64,000 nt of DNA, taken from contig MKRZ01000089.1 in assembly GCA_001897075.1 (NCBI GenBank), positions 25,911-89,910 of the forward strand, given 5' to 3'. A model generated the notes under the pieces. It was not told where the DNA came from, did not search any database, and was given only the letters and a program-made list of their open reading frames with translations. Shown piece by piece: positions 37,901-46,936 of the stretch (its first letter is position 1; each line of letters begins with the position of its first letter). Both the position numbers and the translations under genes were made by a program. The DNA comes from Mesorhizobium sp. 61-13 (lineage in GTDB: Bacteria > Pseudomonadota > Alphaproteobacteria > Rhizobiales > Rhizobiaceae).

Positions 37901-38165
37901 GCTCGCCGTGCGTGGCCGGATTCAGCGCGAAGGCGAGGTCGTGCACCTGGTCGCCAACCAACTCACCGACCTGTCCGGTGACCTCGCCAGCGTCGGCAAC
38001 CGCGATACGCCGTTTCCGCTGCCGCACGGCCGCGGCGACGAGGCGCACCATGGCGGCCCGGGGATCGATCCGCGCTGCTTGCCGAAAGGGTTCAGGCCGC
38101 GCGACATGGTGGATCCGACGCTGAAGGTCGATCCGATCAGGGTGAAGACACGCGACTTCCGGTGA
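34899..38165 (+). CDS. dnaE2: Error-prone DNA polymerase DnaE2 (ImuC)
   Basis: [22 protein letters not shown] (PHP domain start), then Pol III alpha core motifs across about 1088 aa. Confidence 0.95.
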   Translation: MSGPRYAELQVTSHFSFLRGASSCDELFAQATILGIEALAVLDRNSLAGVVRAHQAAKDTGIRLIVGCRLDLVDGMSVLVYPTDRAAYSRLCRLLTLGKKRGGKAKCHLEWDDVATYAEGLIAVLVPAQADETCAMQLRRLRDTFKDRAYLALTLRRRPNDQLRLHDLSNLATRMRVPTVVTNDVLFHEPGRRILQDVVTAIRHNITIDALGFRRERHADRYLKPPEEMARLFSRYPEALARTHEIARQCRFSLDELAYQYPEEKMLPGLTAQQALEKLTWEGAERRYPEGVPDKVIALIKHELRLIATLQYAPYFLTVNAIVQFARSRDILCQGRGSAANSAVCYVLGITSIDPERNNLLFERFVSQERKEPPDIDVDFEHERREIVMQWVYETYGRDHSALCSTVVRYHTKGAVRDIGKALGLPEDVTKMLSSQVWGHGEGIDESRARELNFNLADRRLRLTLELAQQLEGTPRHLSQHPGGFVLTNDRLDDLAPIEPARMVDRQVIEWDKDDIDILKFMKVDVLALGMLTCMKRSFDLLAEHKGMTLDLATIPAEDPATYAMIRKADTIGVFQIESRAQMSMLPRIKPRTFYDLVVEVAIVRPGPIQGDMVHPYLRRREGKEPVEFPTPELERVLGKTLGVPLFQEQAMQVAMVCAGFSAGEADQLRRAMATFKHTGGVSKFRNKLIGGMIANGYTPDFAANTFRQLEGFGSYGFPESHAASFALIAYASSWMKCHHPDVFCCALLNSQPMGFYLPAQIVRDARDHGVEIRPVCINASRWDCTLEPAGEDGRFAVRLGLRLVKGLANADAGAIVAARADEPFASIDDLWHRAGVPAASLVQLAEADAFRADLGLARREALWALKGLRDEPLPLFAAASARERQTVAEIHEPAVPLRAMTAGREVVEDYGHVGLTLRSHPLSFLRADLVRRRIVTCREAMQARDGRWLEAAGLVLVRQRPGSAKGVMFLTMEDETGAANVVVWVKVFEKFRRVLLSSSMLAVRGRIQREGEVVHLVANQLTDLSGDLASVGNRDTPFPLPHGRGDEAHHGGPGIDPRCLPKGFRPRDMVDPTLKVDPIRVKTRDFR

Positions 38166-38221
38166 TACCGTGCAACAGTCAGAGGGCCGTCCGCTTCTGG
38201 CGTGAGCGGACGCCGCTCCGT

Positions 38222-38953
38222 TCACGAAGCCGTATTGTCGTCCTTCAGCTTGCGCTTGCCCTCTTCGAGAAAGCGCTCCAGCAGTGCCTCCATGGCGGGA
38301 ATCGGGTTGTCCGGATTCTCGGCGCGGAGCTTTTCAGTCTGCTCGACGAATCCCGAAATCAGGTCGCCCATCGTGTCCGGCGATGTCGCCAGCCGCTGGA
38401 GCATCTTCATCCCATTGTGGGCATAGCCCAAGAATTCTGCGTTGCGCGCGGTGATCTCGCTCAGCATCTCCTTGGTGATCCGCTCGCCGGGCGGCACGAA
38501 GGCACCGTCAACCCAGTCCACGTAGAGCGAAGCATTCTTCGCCGTGTTCGATGCGTGGTGAAACTCCTCCTGGGTCTTCTTGAACGCATCCAGAGCCGCC
38601 TTGAAATCCCCGCGCGATTTGGCCTCCTTCTCGGCCGCGGATCCTTCAAGCATATAGGCATTGGACTTGTTCTTGGACGCGTGCCGCGCCAACGCGGCCA
38701 GGACCTTCTTCTCGTCCACGTCGAAGCCGACAATCAGGCTGACGGCCCACGCGCCGAGCGTCTCGATCTTGGAGCACTCCTCGAGAGAAATCTGGTGCAG
38801 GAACAGGGCGCGCGAGACCGCTCCCGCCTTGGCCAGCAATTCTGCCTCGAAAAACAACTGCTCGGCGTTCTCGAACGTCTTCGCGGCCCCCGCCGCAAGG
38901 ACGTCGATCGACGCCTTGGCCGCTCCTTCGGCTGTCTCAGTCACACACCGCAC
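38222..38953 (-). CDS. abiV: AbiV-family (HEPN-type) abortive infection protein
   Basis: FENAEQLFFEAELLAKAGAVSRALFLHQISLEECSKIETLG fits the AbiV N-terminal pattern NAexLxxxAxxL...A..L...EExxK. GTG start uncertain. Confidence 0.6.
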   Translation of the reverse strand: MRCVTETAEGAAKASIDVLAAGAAKTFENAEQLFFEAELLAKAGAVSRALFLHQISLEECSKIETLGAWAVSLIVGFDVDEKKVLAALARHASKNKSNAYMLEGSAAEKEAKSRGDFKAALDAFKKTQEEFHHASNTAKNASLYVDWVDGAFVPPGERITKEMLSEITARNAEFLGYAHNGMKMLQRLATSPDTMGDLISGFVEQTEKLRAENPDNPIPAMEALLERFLEEGKRKLKDDNTAS

Positions 38954-39006
38954 TCGAACGAGGCGGAATGATTGCCTTGGGCCTCGCGCCAGATCCCCGT
39001 GATGGC
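38942..39006 (-). pseudogene. Remnant of a second SRAP (YedK-like) gene
   Basis: The minus frame reads ..AITGIWREAQGNHSASFECGV*, compared with MAIAGIWREAQGNHSASFAMLTT in the intact SRAP gene. 38956-39006 matches 48711-48761 at roughly 43 of 51 positions by eye. No N-terminal Cys or start codon. Confidence 0.6.
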
Positions 39007-39160
39007 ATGCATGCGTTTGATCTCACCGTAAATGCCGCCAGGGCGACGACGAGGCACAGGATGGCGCTGCTGGCGCGGTTCGACATGACTAGCGGTTTCT
39101 CGCCAGAATCTTAACATTTCTTTGTCCTGAGCCGGATTTCATTCCGGGCGTGCATTGGCA

Positions 39161-39179
39161 TATCCCCTACGGGGGGATA
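39161..39179. promoter_or_regulatory. CsoR/RcnR-type operator (G/C tract flanked by AT-rich inverted repeat)
   Basis: TATCCCC-tac-GGGGGGATA lies 5 nt upstream of the repressor gene ATG. Confidence 0.65.
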
Positions 39180-39183
39180 GCAT

Positions 39184-39471
39184 ATGTGTATGGGCCAGAC
39201 ACCCCACCTTCACGAAACCCACCCCCAAATCGTCAAACGATTGAAGCGCGCCGATGGTCATCTGCGTGGCGTCATCGAGATGATCGAGGCGGGCCGGCCC
39301 TGTCTCGACATCGCCCAGCAGCTCCACGCCGTCGAGAAGGCCATCGCCCAGGCCAAGAAGACTCTCATTCAGGATCACCTCGACCATTGCCTGGAGGAAG
39401 TGGTCGGGCCGCTCGCGCGCGACCGGCGGCGGTCGATCGACGAGTTCAAAGAGATCGCGAAATATCTGTGA
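39184..39471 (+). CDS. Metal-sensing transcriptional repressor, CsoR/RcnR/FrmR (DUF156) family
   Basis: KRLKRADGHLRGVIEMIEAGRPCLDIAQQLHAVEKAIAQAKKTLIQDHLDHCL carries the conserved Cys and H-x3-C ligand positions. Confidence 0.85.
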   Translation: MCMGQTPHLHETHPQIVKRLKRADGHLRGVIEMIEAGRPCLDIAQQLHAVEKAIAQAKKTLIQDHLDHCLEEVVGPLARDRRRSIDEFKEIAKYL

Positions 39472-40784
39472 TGCTGGCGATCCTGAAGAACCGAACCTAC
39501 CGCCATCTCTTTCTCGCCCAGGTGATCGCACTGGTCGGGACCGGCCTCGCGACTGTTGCCCTCGGGCTGCTTGCCTTCGAACTGGCGGGCGAGAACGCGG
39601 GCGCGGTGCTGGGGACGGCGCTCGCGATCAAGATGATCGCCTACGTGACGGTGGCGCCGATCGCATCGGCATTCGCCGAGCGGGTGCCGCGCCGCGCCAT
39701 GCTGGTGACGCTCGATCTCGTGCGCGCAGGAGTGGCGGTGTTTCTCCCCTTCGTCACAGAGATCTGGCAGGTCTACGTCCTGATTTTCGTCCTCCAGTCG
39801 GCTTCCGCTGCCTTCACGCCCACCTTCCAGGCGACGATCCCCGATATCTTGCCGGACGAGAAGGAGTACACGCGCGCATTGTCGCTCTCGCGGCTGGCCT
39901 ACGATCTGGAAAGCGTCGTCAGTCCCATGCTGGCGGCCGCACTGCTCGCCTTCATCTCCTTCCACAATTTGTTCGTCGGCACGGTGATCGGCTTCCTCGT
40001 CTCGGCGGCGCTGGTGGTGTCGGTCGTACTGCCGAGCCCGAAGCCGTCAAAGCCACGTGGCATCTACGACCGCACCACACGCGGCACCAGAATCTATCTG
40101 GCGACGCCGCGCCTGCGCGGCCTGCTCGCGCTCAACCTCGCCGTCGCTTGCGCGGGCGCGCTGGTGATCGTCAACACCGTGGTTTATGTGCAGGCCACTT
40201 TCGGCCTCGACCAGCAGGCCACCGCCCTGGCGCTCGCGGCCTTCGGCGGCGGCTCCATGGTCGCAGCACTCGCGCTGCCGAAGCTGCTGGAGGCCATTCC
40301 GGATCGCACCGCCATGCTGGCGGGTGCATCGTTGCTGGCGGCAGGAACGCTGACGGCTGCCGCACTACCCGGATATGGCTGGCTTTTGCCACTGTGGTTC
40401 GTCCTCGGCCTCGGCTATTCGACGGCGCAGACGCCATCCGGCCGGCTGCTCAGGCGCTCGGCCAATCCAGAGGACCGCCCGGCGCTGTTCGCTGCGCAGT
40501 TCGCGCTCTCCCATGCCTGCTGGCTGATCGCCTATCCGCTCGCCGGCTGGGCGGGTGCCGCCCTTGGACTCCCGGCGACCGCGATCATTCTCGCAGGTCT
40601 GGCGGCCGTAGCGATCTGCATCGCTTTCTCGGTCTGGCCGGTCGATGATCCGGAGGTCGTCGAGCATGGTCATGACGAGTTGCCTGCCGACCATCCGCAC
40701 CTTGCCGACGCGGATCGCGGGCATCGTCACGCCCATGCCTATGTGATCGACGATATGCATCTCGCATGGCCGCGCGAGCACTGA
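39471..40784 (+). CDS. MFS transporter
   Basis: MLAILKNRTYRHLFLAQVIALVGTGLATVALGLLAFELAG..., multiple hydrophobic spans. The ATG overlaps the repressor stop (TGATG). Confidence 0.8.
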   Translation: MLAILKNRTYRHLFLAQVIALVGTGLATVALGLLAFELAGENAGAVLGTALAIKMIAYVTVAPIASAFAERVPRRAMLVTLDLVRAGVAVFLPFVTEIWQVYVLIFVLQSASAAFTPTFQATIPDILPDEKEYTRALSLSRLAYDLESVVSPMLAAALLAFISFHNLFVGTVIGFLVSAALVVSVVLPSPKPSKPRGIYDRTTRGTRIYLATPRLRGLLALNLAVACAGALVIVNTVVYVQATFGLDQQATALALAAFGGGSMVAALALPKLLEAIPDRTAMLAGASLLAAGTLTAAALPGYGWLLPLWFVLGLGYSTAQTPSGRLLRRSANPEDRPALFAAQFALSHACWLIAYPLAGWAGAALGLPATAIILAGLAAVAICIAFSVWPVDDPEVVEHGHDELPADHPHLADADRGHRHAHAYVIDDMHLAWPREH

Positions 40785-41230
40785 CTGGCAACGTGGAAGA
40801 CCTGCTCTCGCTGGCCGGGCTGTTCGCCGTCGCTTTCATCGCCGCAACGATCCTGCCGGCCCAATCGGAAGCCGCCCTGGTCGGATTGCTGGTTCTTGGC
40901 AAGCAATCGCCCGCCCTGCTGGTGATCGTCGCAACCTTCGGCAATGTACTCGGCTCCATCACCAACTGGCTGCTCGGACGCTGGATCGAGCACTATCGCG
41001 ACAAGCACTGGTTTCCCGTCAGCCAACAGACGCTCGACCGCGCGACCGGCTGGTATCGAAGATGGGGCCGCTGGAGTCTGCTGCTCTCCTGGGCTCCGCT
41101 CGGGGGCGACGCGCTGACCGTTGCCGCCGGTGTCCTGCGCGAGTCGTTCTGGAGTTTCCTGCTCCTCGTCACGATCGCGAAGGCGGGTCGCTACATCATC
41201 CTTGCCGCAATCACGCTGGGGTTGCTGTGA
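40766..41230 (+). CDS. YqaA/DedA (SNARE-associated) family membrane protein
   Basis: FIAATILPAQSEAAL...ATFGNVLGSITNWLLGR...LLLSWAPLGGDALTVAAG... Confidence 0.7.
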   Translation: MAARALTGNVEDLLSLAGLFAVAFIAATILPAQSEAALVGLLVLGKQSPALLVIVATFGNVLGSITNWLLGRWIEHYRDKHWFPVSQQTLDRATGWYRRWGRWSLLLSWAPLGGDALTVAAGVLRESFWSFLLLVTIAKAGRYIILAAITLGLL

Positions 41231-41955
41231 TGTGGCAGATCTATCAGCAACTCGTTGCCGTCCAGCGCGAAATCTACCTGACCTTCGCCAGCCACATCCG
41301 GACATTCGCCGAGACGGGCGACTGGACATTGCTTGCGACCTACCTGCCGATGGGCGTCGTGTTCGGCGCGGCCCATGCCCTGACCCCCGGCCACAGCAAG
41401 GCGGTGCTCGCCACCTATCTGACCGGCTCGACGGCGAGCGTGCCGCGCGGGCTGGGCGTGTCGCTGCTGCTTTCAGCCGTCCATGTCGGCATGTCCGTGC
41501 TGATCGCGCTGCTGTCGCTGCCGCTGGTCTCGGTCGCGTTCGGCAGCGTCGGCCGTGCGCCGCTGCTGGAGAACCTCAGCCGGGGCCTGCTCGGCGTGAT
41601 CGGGCTCTGGATGCTCTGGCAGGCCGTGCGCGGCACGGGACATGCGCATACGGGACAAGCGACCGCGGCCGGGTTCGCGGCCGGCCTGGTCCCTTGTCCG
41701 CTGACCCTCTTCGTCATGACCTTCGCGATCTCGCGGGGCGTGCCGGAAGCGGGTGTAGCTTTTGCCGCGGTCATGATGATCGGCGTGGCGCTTGTGCTGG
41801 CGATGGTCGCACTCGCCGCCGTTCTGTTTCGCCAGCAACTCCTGCGGCTTCTGTCGTCGCGCCCGCGTCTGGTCGATGTGGTGACGCGCACGATCCAGCT
41901 CCTTGCCGGCGTCGTGCTGGTTGTCGTCGCCGTCAATGCGCTGATGGATTCATGA
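41230..41955 (+). CDS. RcnA/NicO-type nickel/cobalt transporter
   Basis: MWQIYQQL...GAAHALTPGHSKAV signature, a His-rich loop GTGHAHTGQ, and about 6 TM segments. Confidence 0.7.
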   Translation: MWQIYQQLVAVQREIYLTFASHIRTFAETGDWTLLATYLPMGVVFGAAHALTPGHSKAVLATYLTGSTASVPRGLGVSLLLSAVHVGMSVLIALLSLPLVSVAFGSVGRAPLLENLSRGLLGVIGLWMLWQAVRGTGHAHTGQATAAGFAAGLVPCPLTLFVMTFAISRGVPEAGVAFAAVMMIGVALVLAMVALAAVLFRQQLLRLLSSRPRLVDVVTRTIQLLAGVVLVVVAVNALMDS

Positions 41956-42069
41956 TGCTTGACAGGTCTCATTCGCCGCGCAGAATAGAGTGCATGGGGA
42001 TTGCGATCTCCCCACGAGGCTACGGCCCAAGAATCGCGTCCATCAAACCCGGCAACGGAAGGACGCGCC

Positions 42070-42894
42070 ATGCCATCCCCCACGACCATATCCATTGACA
42101 AGCTCGCCCGTCTCGTCGGCACGCCGAACGCTCCGGCGCTGATCGACGTGCGCATCGAGGAGGACTTCAAGGCCGATCCCCGCCTGATACCCGGCTCGGT
42201 GCCACGCCCGCATGACAGGATCGAAGAATGGGTAGCAGGACTGGGCCGACCGGCGGCCGTCGTCATCTGCCGTCAGGGCCGCAAGCTCAGCGAAGGCGTC
42301 GCGGCATGGCTTCGCCATCTCGGCGTCGCGGCGGAAGCCCTGGAGGGCGGCCATGACGCATGGATCGCCGCAAACCTGCCCGTCGTGCCAGCAAGCCGTC
42401 TGCCCGCCCGCGACAGTTCGGGGCGAACCGTCTGGGTAACGCGGGCGCGGCCCAAGATCGACCGCATCGCATGCCCCTGGCTGATCCGCCGCTTCGTCGA
42501 CCCCCACGCCGTGTTCCTCTTCGTCGCGCCGCAGGAGGTCGCGGCCGTGGCCGAACGCTTCTCCGCCACGCCCTTCGACATCGAGGACGTGTTCTGGAGC
42601 CATCGCGGCGAGCTTTGCACTTTCGACGTCATGGTCGAGGAGTTTGGCCTGGCAACCGAGGCGCTGCTGCGGCTGGCACGGATTGTTCGCGGCGCCGACA
42701 CCGCGCGGCTCGATCTCGAGCCGGAGGCGGCTGGGCTGCTTGCGGCCTCACTTGGCCTGTCGCGCATGTATGCCGACGACCTCGAACAGCTCGAAGCCGG
42801 CATGACGCTCTATGACGCCTTCTATCGCTGGGCCAGAGACGCGACGGGCGAGACCCACAACTGGCCGTCTGCCAGGCAGGGAGGCGTCAAATGA
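42070..42894 (+). CDS. Rhodanese-domain / ChrB C-terminal-domain chromate resistance protein
   Basis: N-terminus: ALIDVRIEEDFKADPRLIPGSV...VVICRQGRKLS (rhodanese-like). C-terminus: WVTRARPKIDRIACPWLIRRFVDP (ChrB-type). Directly upstream of chrA, with a 4-nt overlap. Confidence 0.75.
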   Translation: MPSPTTISIDKLARLVGTPNAPALIDVRIEEDFKADPRLIPGSVPRPHDRIEEWVAGLGRPAAVVICRQGRKLSEGVAAWLRHLGVAAEALEGGHDAWIAANLPVVPASRLPARDSSGRTVWVTRARPKIDRIACPWLIRRFVDPHAVFLFVAPQEVAAVAERFSATPFDIEDVFWSHRGELCTFDVMVEEFGLATEALLRLARIVRGADTARLDLEPEAAGLLAASLGLSRMYADDLEQLEAGMTLYDAFYRWARDATGETHNWPSARQGGVK

Positions 42895-44165
42895 GCGGCT
42901 CCCCTGCATCGGCTTCGGCTGAGGCTGCAACGGTCGGCACAGCAGCGGAGGCGGGTCTTTCGCCACCCATCCTGTCGCCCGGGCAGATATTCGTCCGCTT
43001 CCTTCGCTTCGGCCTGCTCGCCTTCGGTGGACCGGTCGCGCAGATCGCGATGATCCGGCGCGACCTGGTCGACGAGGAGCGCTGGCTGTCGAGTGGTCGC
43101 TTCAACCGCCTGCTCGCCATCTATCAGGTGCTGCCCGGACCCGAGGCGCACGAGCTATGCGTCCATATCGGCATGCTCGCCGGCCGCAGGCTCGGCGGCG
43201 TGCTCGCCGGCCTCGGCTTCATGCTGCCGGGCTTCATGCTGATGCTCCTGCTGTCCTGGCTCTATTTCACGATCGACATCACCACGTCCGCCCTCGGACC
43301 GATCTTTCTCGGCGTGCAGGTCGCGGTGATCGCCCTGATCGTCCGCGCCGTCCACCGGATCGGCGAGCACATCCTGCTCGACCGATGGCTTTGGGGTATC
43401 GGCATAGCGGCGGCCGTCGCCACGGCGCTCGGCGTAGGGTTCTGGATTACGCTGCCGGCGGCAGGCCTCGCCTATATGCTTGCACGGCGCGAGCAGGCAG
43501 CACTTGCCGGCGCGGTGCTGCTCGTCGCTGCCGTGCTCGCATTCCTCGTCGGACCAGGAGATGGCTTGCTTCACGCCCTGGCACCGCAGCAAACCGTCCC
43601 GCTCGACGCCGTGACGACGCAGCAGGCCACCGTGTTGGCCCTCTTCCTGTCCGGTCTCAAGGCCGGCCTGCTCACCTTCGGCGGGGCCTACACCGCCATA
43701 CCGTTCGTGCGTGACGACGCCGTTGGCAATGGATGGATGACCGACGCGCAATTTCTCGACGGGCTCGCCCTCTCGGGCATCCTCCCTGCGCCGCTCATCA
43801 TCTTCTCGACCTTCGTGGGCTATGTCGCGGGAGGTCCGCTTGGTGCGATCGCCATGACCGCCGGCATCTTCCTGCCGGCCTTCGGTTTCTCGCTGACCCT
43901 CTACGATCGTCTCGAAAGGGTGGTCGAGAACAGGACGCTGCACAGCTTCCTCGAAGGTGTCGCCGCCGGCGTGGTCGGCGTGATCACAGTCACGACCGTC
44001 GAACTCGCGATCGCCGTCGTGCACAGACTGCCCTCGGTGGTTCCGGGCCTGGCCATCTTCGCGCTGGCGCTCGGCGTGCTCTATTTGTGGAAGTCGAAGG
44101 TCAATGTACTCTCGGTGATTGTCGGCGCCGGCGCTCTGGGATGGTTGCTGTTCGGCGTGGCCTAG
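42891..44165 (+). CDS. chrA: Chromate transporter ChrA
   Basis: FLRFGLLAFGGPVAQIAMIRRDLVDEERWLS and a second repeat GLLTFGGAYTAIPFVRDDAV, i.e. a duplicated CHR domain. Confidence 0.9.
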   Translation: MSGSPASASAEAATVGTAAEAGLSPPILSPGQIFVRFLRFGLLAFGGPVAQIAMIRRDLVDEERWLSSGRFNRLLAIYQVLPGPEAHELCVHIGMLAGRRLGGVLAGLGFMLPGFMLMLLLSWLYFTIDITTSALGPIFLGVQVAVIALIVRAVHRIGEHILLDRWLWGIGIAAAVATALGVGFWITLPAAGLAYMLARREQAALAGAVLLVAAVLAFLVGPGDGLLHALAPQQTVPLDAVTTQQATVLALFLSGLKAGLLTFGGAYTAIPFVRDDAVGNGWMTDAQFLDGLALSGILPAPLIIFSTFVGYVAGGPLGAIAMTAGIFLPAFGFSLTLYDRLERVVENRTLHSFLEGVAAGVVGVITVTTVELAIAVVHRLPSVVPGLAIFALALGVLYLWKSKVNVLSVIVGAGALGWLLFGVA

Positions 44166-44213
44166 CTGTTGATGAGAGTAAGGCGGGTTCAGACGGTCGA
44201 CGTCCGATCGCGC

Positions 44214-45491
44214 TCATCCTCTGACCCTCTTCGATGTCCACGCCGCTCCCCAGAACGCGAGTGCCATCAGGCAGGACATGGCAAACACCGCGACCATGAC
44301 CATCCCGTAGTTGCCGGTGGCACTCCAGAGCGCGGCGGCCGCGAGTGGGGCAATTGCCTTGGCGATCGTCATGGGAACCGCCAGGGCGCCGTTGATGGCG
44401 CCATAGGCCTCGCGTGAGACCATCTCGGGAATGACGATCCCGCGCACGATGGTCATGATGCCATTGGCAGCGCCGTAGAGCGCGGCCGCCCCGCCCATGA
44501 TCCAGAACATCGCTGGCGCCCAGGCGAATGCAGCCATGGCCAGTGGAAAGGCGATAACGACCAGAGAGCCGAGACGGCGCCCCGATGCCTGCCGGCCGAA
44601 GGCCATGACAGCGACGCGGCCGGCGACCTGCGCGGGCCCGATCAGGGTCATCGCCAGGACCACGGCTCCAGTATCAAACCCGCGTTCAAGCATCATCGGA
44701 TAAAAGTGATAAATGAAGGCGGAGAAAGTCGCCGTGTACGCCGTGAATGAGACGACAAGGCCCCAGAAGACAGGATTTGCGAGAGCACTCCGCAACGGAG
44801 GGCGACGCAGCGGGTTGCCCGCTTGGACCGCTCGGCCCGCATCCTGGGACGGATCGATCACCCAAAAGTAGATCGAAGCGCAGAGCAGGATGTTCACCCC
44901 GGCCAGCACCTCCAATGTCCCCCGCCAGCCGACATGATCGAGCAGGATTTGCACGACCGGGACAAAGACGGTGGAGGCGAAGCCGCCCCATAGCGTTAAC
45001 GCGGTGATGCCGCCGCGGGCGTGGATCGGCCCGGCCCGTCGCGCGATCACCGCGAATGCCGGCTCGTACAATGTCGCAGCTTGCAGCGCGCCGACCCCCG
45101 CCGCGGCGACGTAGAACAGCCAAATGCTGTCGACGAGACTCCATGCCGCCAGCAGGATGCCGGCGAGCACCGACGCCGCTGCCATCACCACGCGGCCCCG
45201 ACCGCGATCAATCGCCTGCCCGATGGGGACGGCAATCACTGCCGCGAGCAATGCGCCGAGTGTCGCCGCGCCATAGATCGCCGGCTTGTCCCAGCCGAGG
45301 TCCGCCTCCATGGCCGTCGCGATCAGCGGGAACGAGTAATAGAGCGATCCCCAAGACGCGATCTGTGCGATCCCGAGCCCGGTGATAAACCAGCTTCGAC
45401 CTGAGACGGGAGCGGGAGCCGCGACATCAGACAACGCGCCGACCCTGCGCGTCGATGACGACCTCGCCGTCTTCCTTGACGAAGGGACCAA
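44214..45491 (-). CDS. MFS transporter at the distal end of the ars cluster (ArsK-like role possible)
   Basis: About 12 hydrophobic spans. The track start overlaps arsC by 65 nt; a TTG at 45434 would cut the overlap to 8 nt. Confidence 0.7.
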   Translation of the reverse strand: MVPSSRKTARSSSTRRVGALSDVAAPAPVSGRSWFITGLGIAQIASWGSLYYSFPLIATAMEADLGWDKPAIYGAATLGALLAAVIAVPIGQAIDRGRGRVVMAAASVLAGILLAAWSLVDSIWLFYVAAAGVGALQAATLYEPAFAVIARRAGPIHARGGITALTLWGGFASTVFVPVVQILLDHVGWRGTLEVLAGVNILLCASIYFWVIDPSQDAGRAVQAGNPLRRPPLRSALANPVFWGLVVSFTAYTATFSAFIYHFYPMMLERGFDTGAVVLAMTLIGPAQVAGRVAVMAFGRQASGRRLGSLVVIAFPLAMAAFAWAPAMFWIMGGAAALYGAANGIMTIVRGIVIPEMVSREAYGAINGALAVPMTIAKAIAPLAAAALWSATGNYGMVMVAVFAMSCLMALAFWGAAWTSKRVRG

Positions 45492-45849
45492 TCTCCGGGT
45501 TCTCGAGGATCTCCAGCACGACCTCGGACGGTCGGCAGAGGCGTGTGCCCTTGGGCGTCACCACGAAGGGGCGGTTGAGCAGAATGGGGTGCGCGCCGAT
45601 GGCATCGAGCCGTTCGTCATCGCTCTTGCCAGCATCGCCCAGGCCCAACGCATCGAAGGGCGTACCCTTCTGCCGCAGGGCTTCCCGCACCGTCAGACCC
45701 GCATCGGCAATCAGCTTGATGACCGTTTCCCGCTCCGGCGGGGTGAGGAGATATTCGATGATACTCGGCTCGACGCCCGACTGACGGATCATGGCGAGCG
45801 TGTTGCGGGAGGTGCCGCAATCGGGGTTGTGGTAGATGGTGACACTCAT
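45427..45849 (-). CDS. arsC: Arsenate reductase, glutaredoxin-coupled ArsC family
   Basis: MSVTIYHNPDCGTSRNTLAMIR. The start overlaps the aqpS stop (ATGA). Confidence 0.9.
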   Translation of the reverse strand: MSVTIYHNPDCGTSRNTLAMIRQSGVEPSIIEYLLTPPERETVIKLIADAGLTVREALRQKGTPFDALGLGDAGKSDDERLDAIGAHPILLNRPFVVTPKGTRLCRPSEVVLEILENPEIGPFVKEDGEVVIDAQGRRVV

Positions 45850-46511
45850 GCGGGTTTCTCGTTCGGTAGGAGCCATCGGACCAAGCCGAGGGCAATGACG
45901 GCGCCGGCGCACTGCGCCACGACGAAGGCCGGAACATCCTCGGGGCGGATGCCTGAGAACGTGTCGGTCAGCGACCTGGCAATGGTGACGGCGGGATTGG
46001 CGAAGGATGTCGATGCGGTGAACCAATAGGCCGCCATGATGTAGGCGGCGACGAGCGCTGGAACGGCCGGGGGTCGCACGCGGGAGCCAAGCAGGATTGT
46101 GGCCACGAGGCCAAAGGTCGCGACCCCCTCCGAAAGCCATTGCGCCCCACCGGTCCTGGCCTGGACGCCAGCGACCACCGGCGCGGTCTCAAACATGAGA
46201 TGCGCAAGCACGGTGCCGGCAACGCCGCCCGCCACCTGGACGACCGCATAGAGCCCGGCCGTTCGCGCGCTCATGGCCCCCTGCATCGCGGCCACCAGTG
46301 TGACGGCTGGATTGAAGTGGGCTCCGGAAAGCGGCGCCAGGAGGGTGATGAGGACGAAGAGGATGGCGCCGGTCGGCAATGTGTTGCCGAGCAGGGCGAC
46401 AGCGGTGTCCCCGGTCAGGCGTTCGGCCATGATCCCCGACCCCACGACCGTAGCGACGAGGAGGCCGGTGCCCAGAGCTTCGGCCGTGAGCCGCCGTGAT
46501 AGTGACGTCAT
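45846..46511 (-). CDS. aqpS: Aquaglyceroporin AqpS (MIP family)
   Basis: Two NPA boxes: GAHFNPAVT and SFANPAVT. Confidence 0.9.
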   Translation of the reverse strand: MTSLSRRLTAEALGTGLLVATVVGSGIMAERLTGDTAVALLGNTLPTGAILFVLITLLAPLSGAHFNPAVTLVAAMQGAMSARTAGLYAVVQVAGGVAGTVLAHLMFETAPVVAGVQARTGGAQWLSEGVATFGLVATILLGSRVRPPAVPALVAAYIMAAYWFTASTSFANPAVTIARSLTDTFSGIRPEDVPAFVVAQCAGAVIALGLVRWLLPNEKPA

Positions 46512-46936
46512 GACACCTCGCGGCTCATGAGGGCCGCAGAGGCGCAGATCGACGTGGCCTGCCGGGTCTCCAGGATTGACGGCGGGGCGCCCGCGCGTTC
46601 TGTCCGGACGAAGCCGAGCCGCTCGAAGAAGGGAACCGCCGTGTTGGTGAGGAGCCAGGTGCGCCGTGCGCCGGCATTGCGCACCTCAGTCAGCAGGGCT
46701 TCCGTGACTGCCCGGCCGAAACCCCGTCCGCGATGTTCGGGCGGCACGACGATGGACCGGATCAGAGCATCGTCGCCGTAGAGCTCGAAGCCGCAATAGC
46801 CGATCGCCACGCCATCGCGCTCAACCCGAAAGAAGCTGCGACCCGGCTCGTCCAGATCTTCAATCGGGAGGTCGCCCGCCAGCAAGGCGTTCTTCAGTTC
46901 GGGCGCCGATGCCTGTGTGGAGACCATCGAGATCAT
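46508..46936 (-). CDS. arsN: GNAT N-acetyltransferase, ArsN-type
   Basis: LAGDLPIEDL...LIRSIVVPPEHRGRGFGRAVTEALL...TAVPFFERLGF...SICASAALM. ATGA overlaps on both sides. Confidence 0.75.
   Translation of the reverse strand: MISMVSTQASAPELKNALLAGDLPIEDLDEPGRSFFRVERDGVAIGYCGFELYGDDALIRSIVVPPEHRGRGFGRAVTEALLTEVRNAGARRTWLLTNTAVPFFERLGFVRTERAGAPPSILETRQATSICASAALMSREVS

Noticed and set aside
37095-38225. 376-aa minus-strand ORF
   Set aside because: It is antisense to the dnaE2 3' region and has no motifs.
41121-42098. 325-aa Arg/Pro-rich plus-strand ORF
   Set aside because: It is an alternative frame over the RcnA-like transporter gene. The composition is implausible for a protein, whereas the transporter frame has TM segments and the HALTPGHSK signature.
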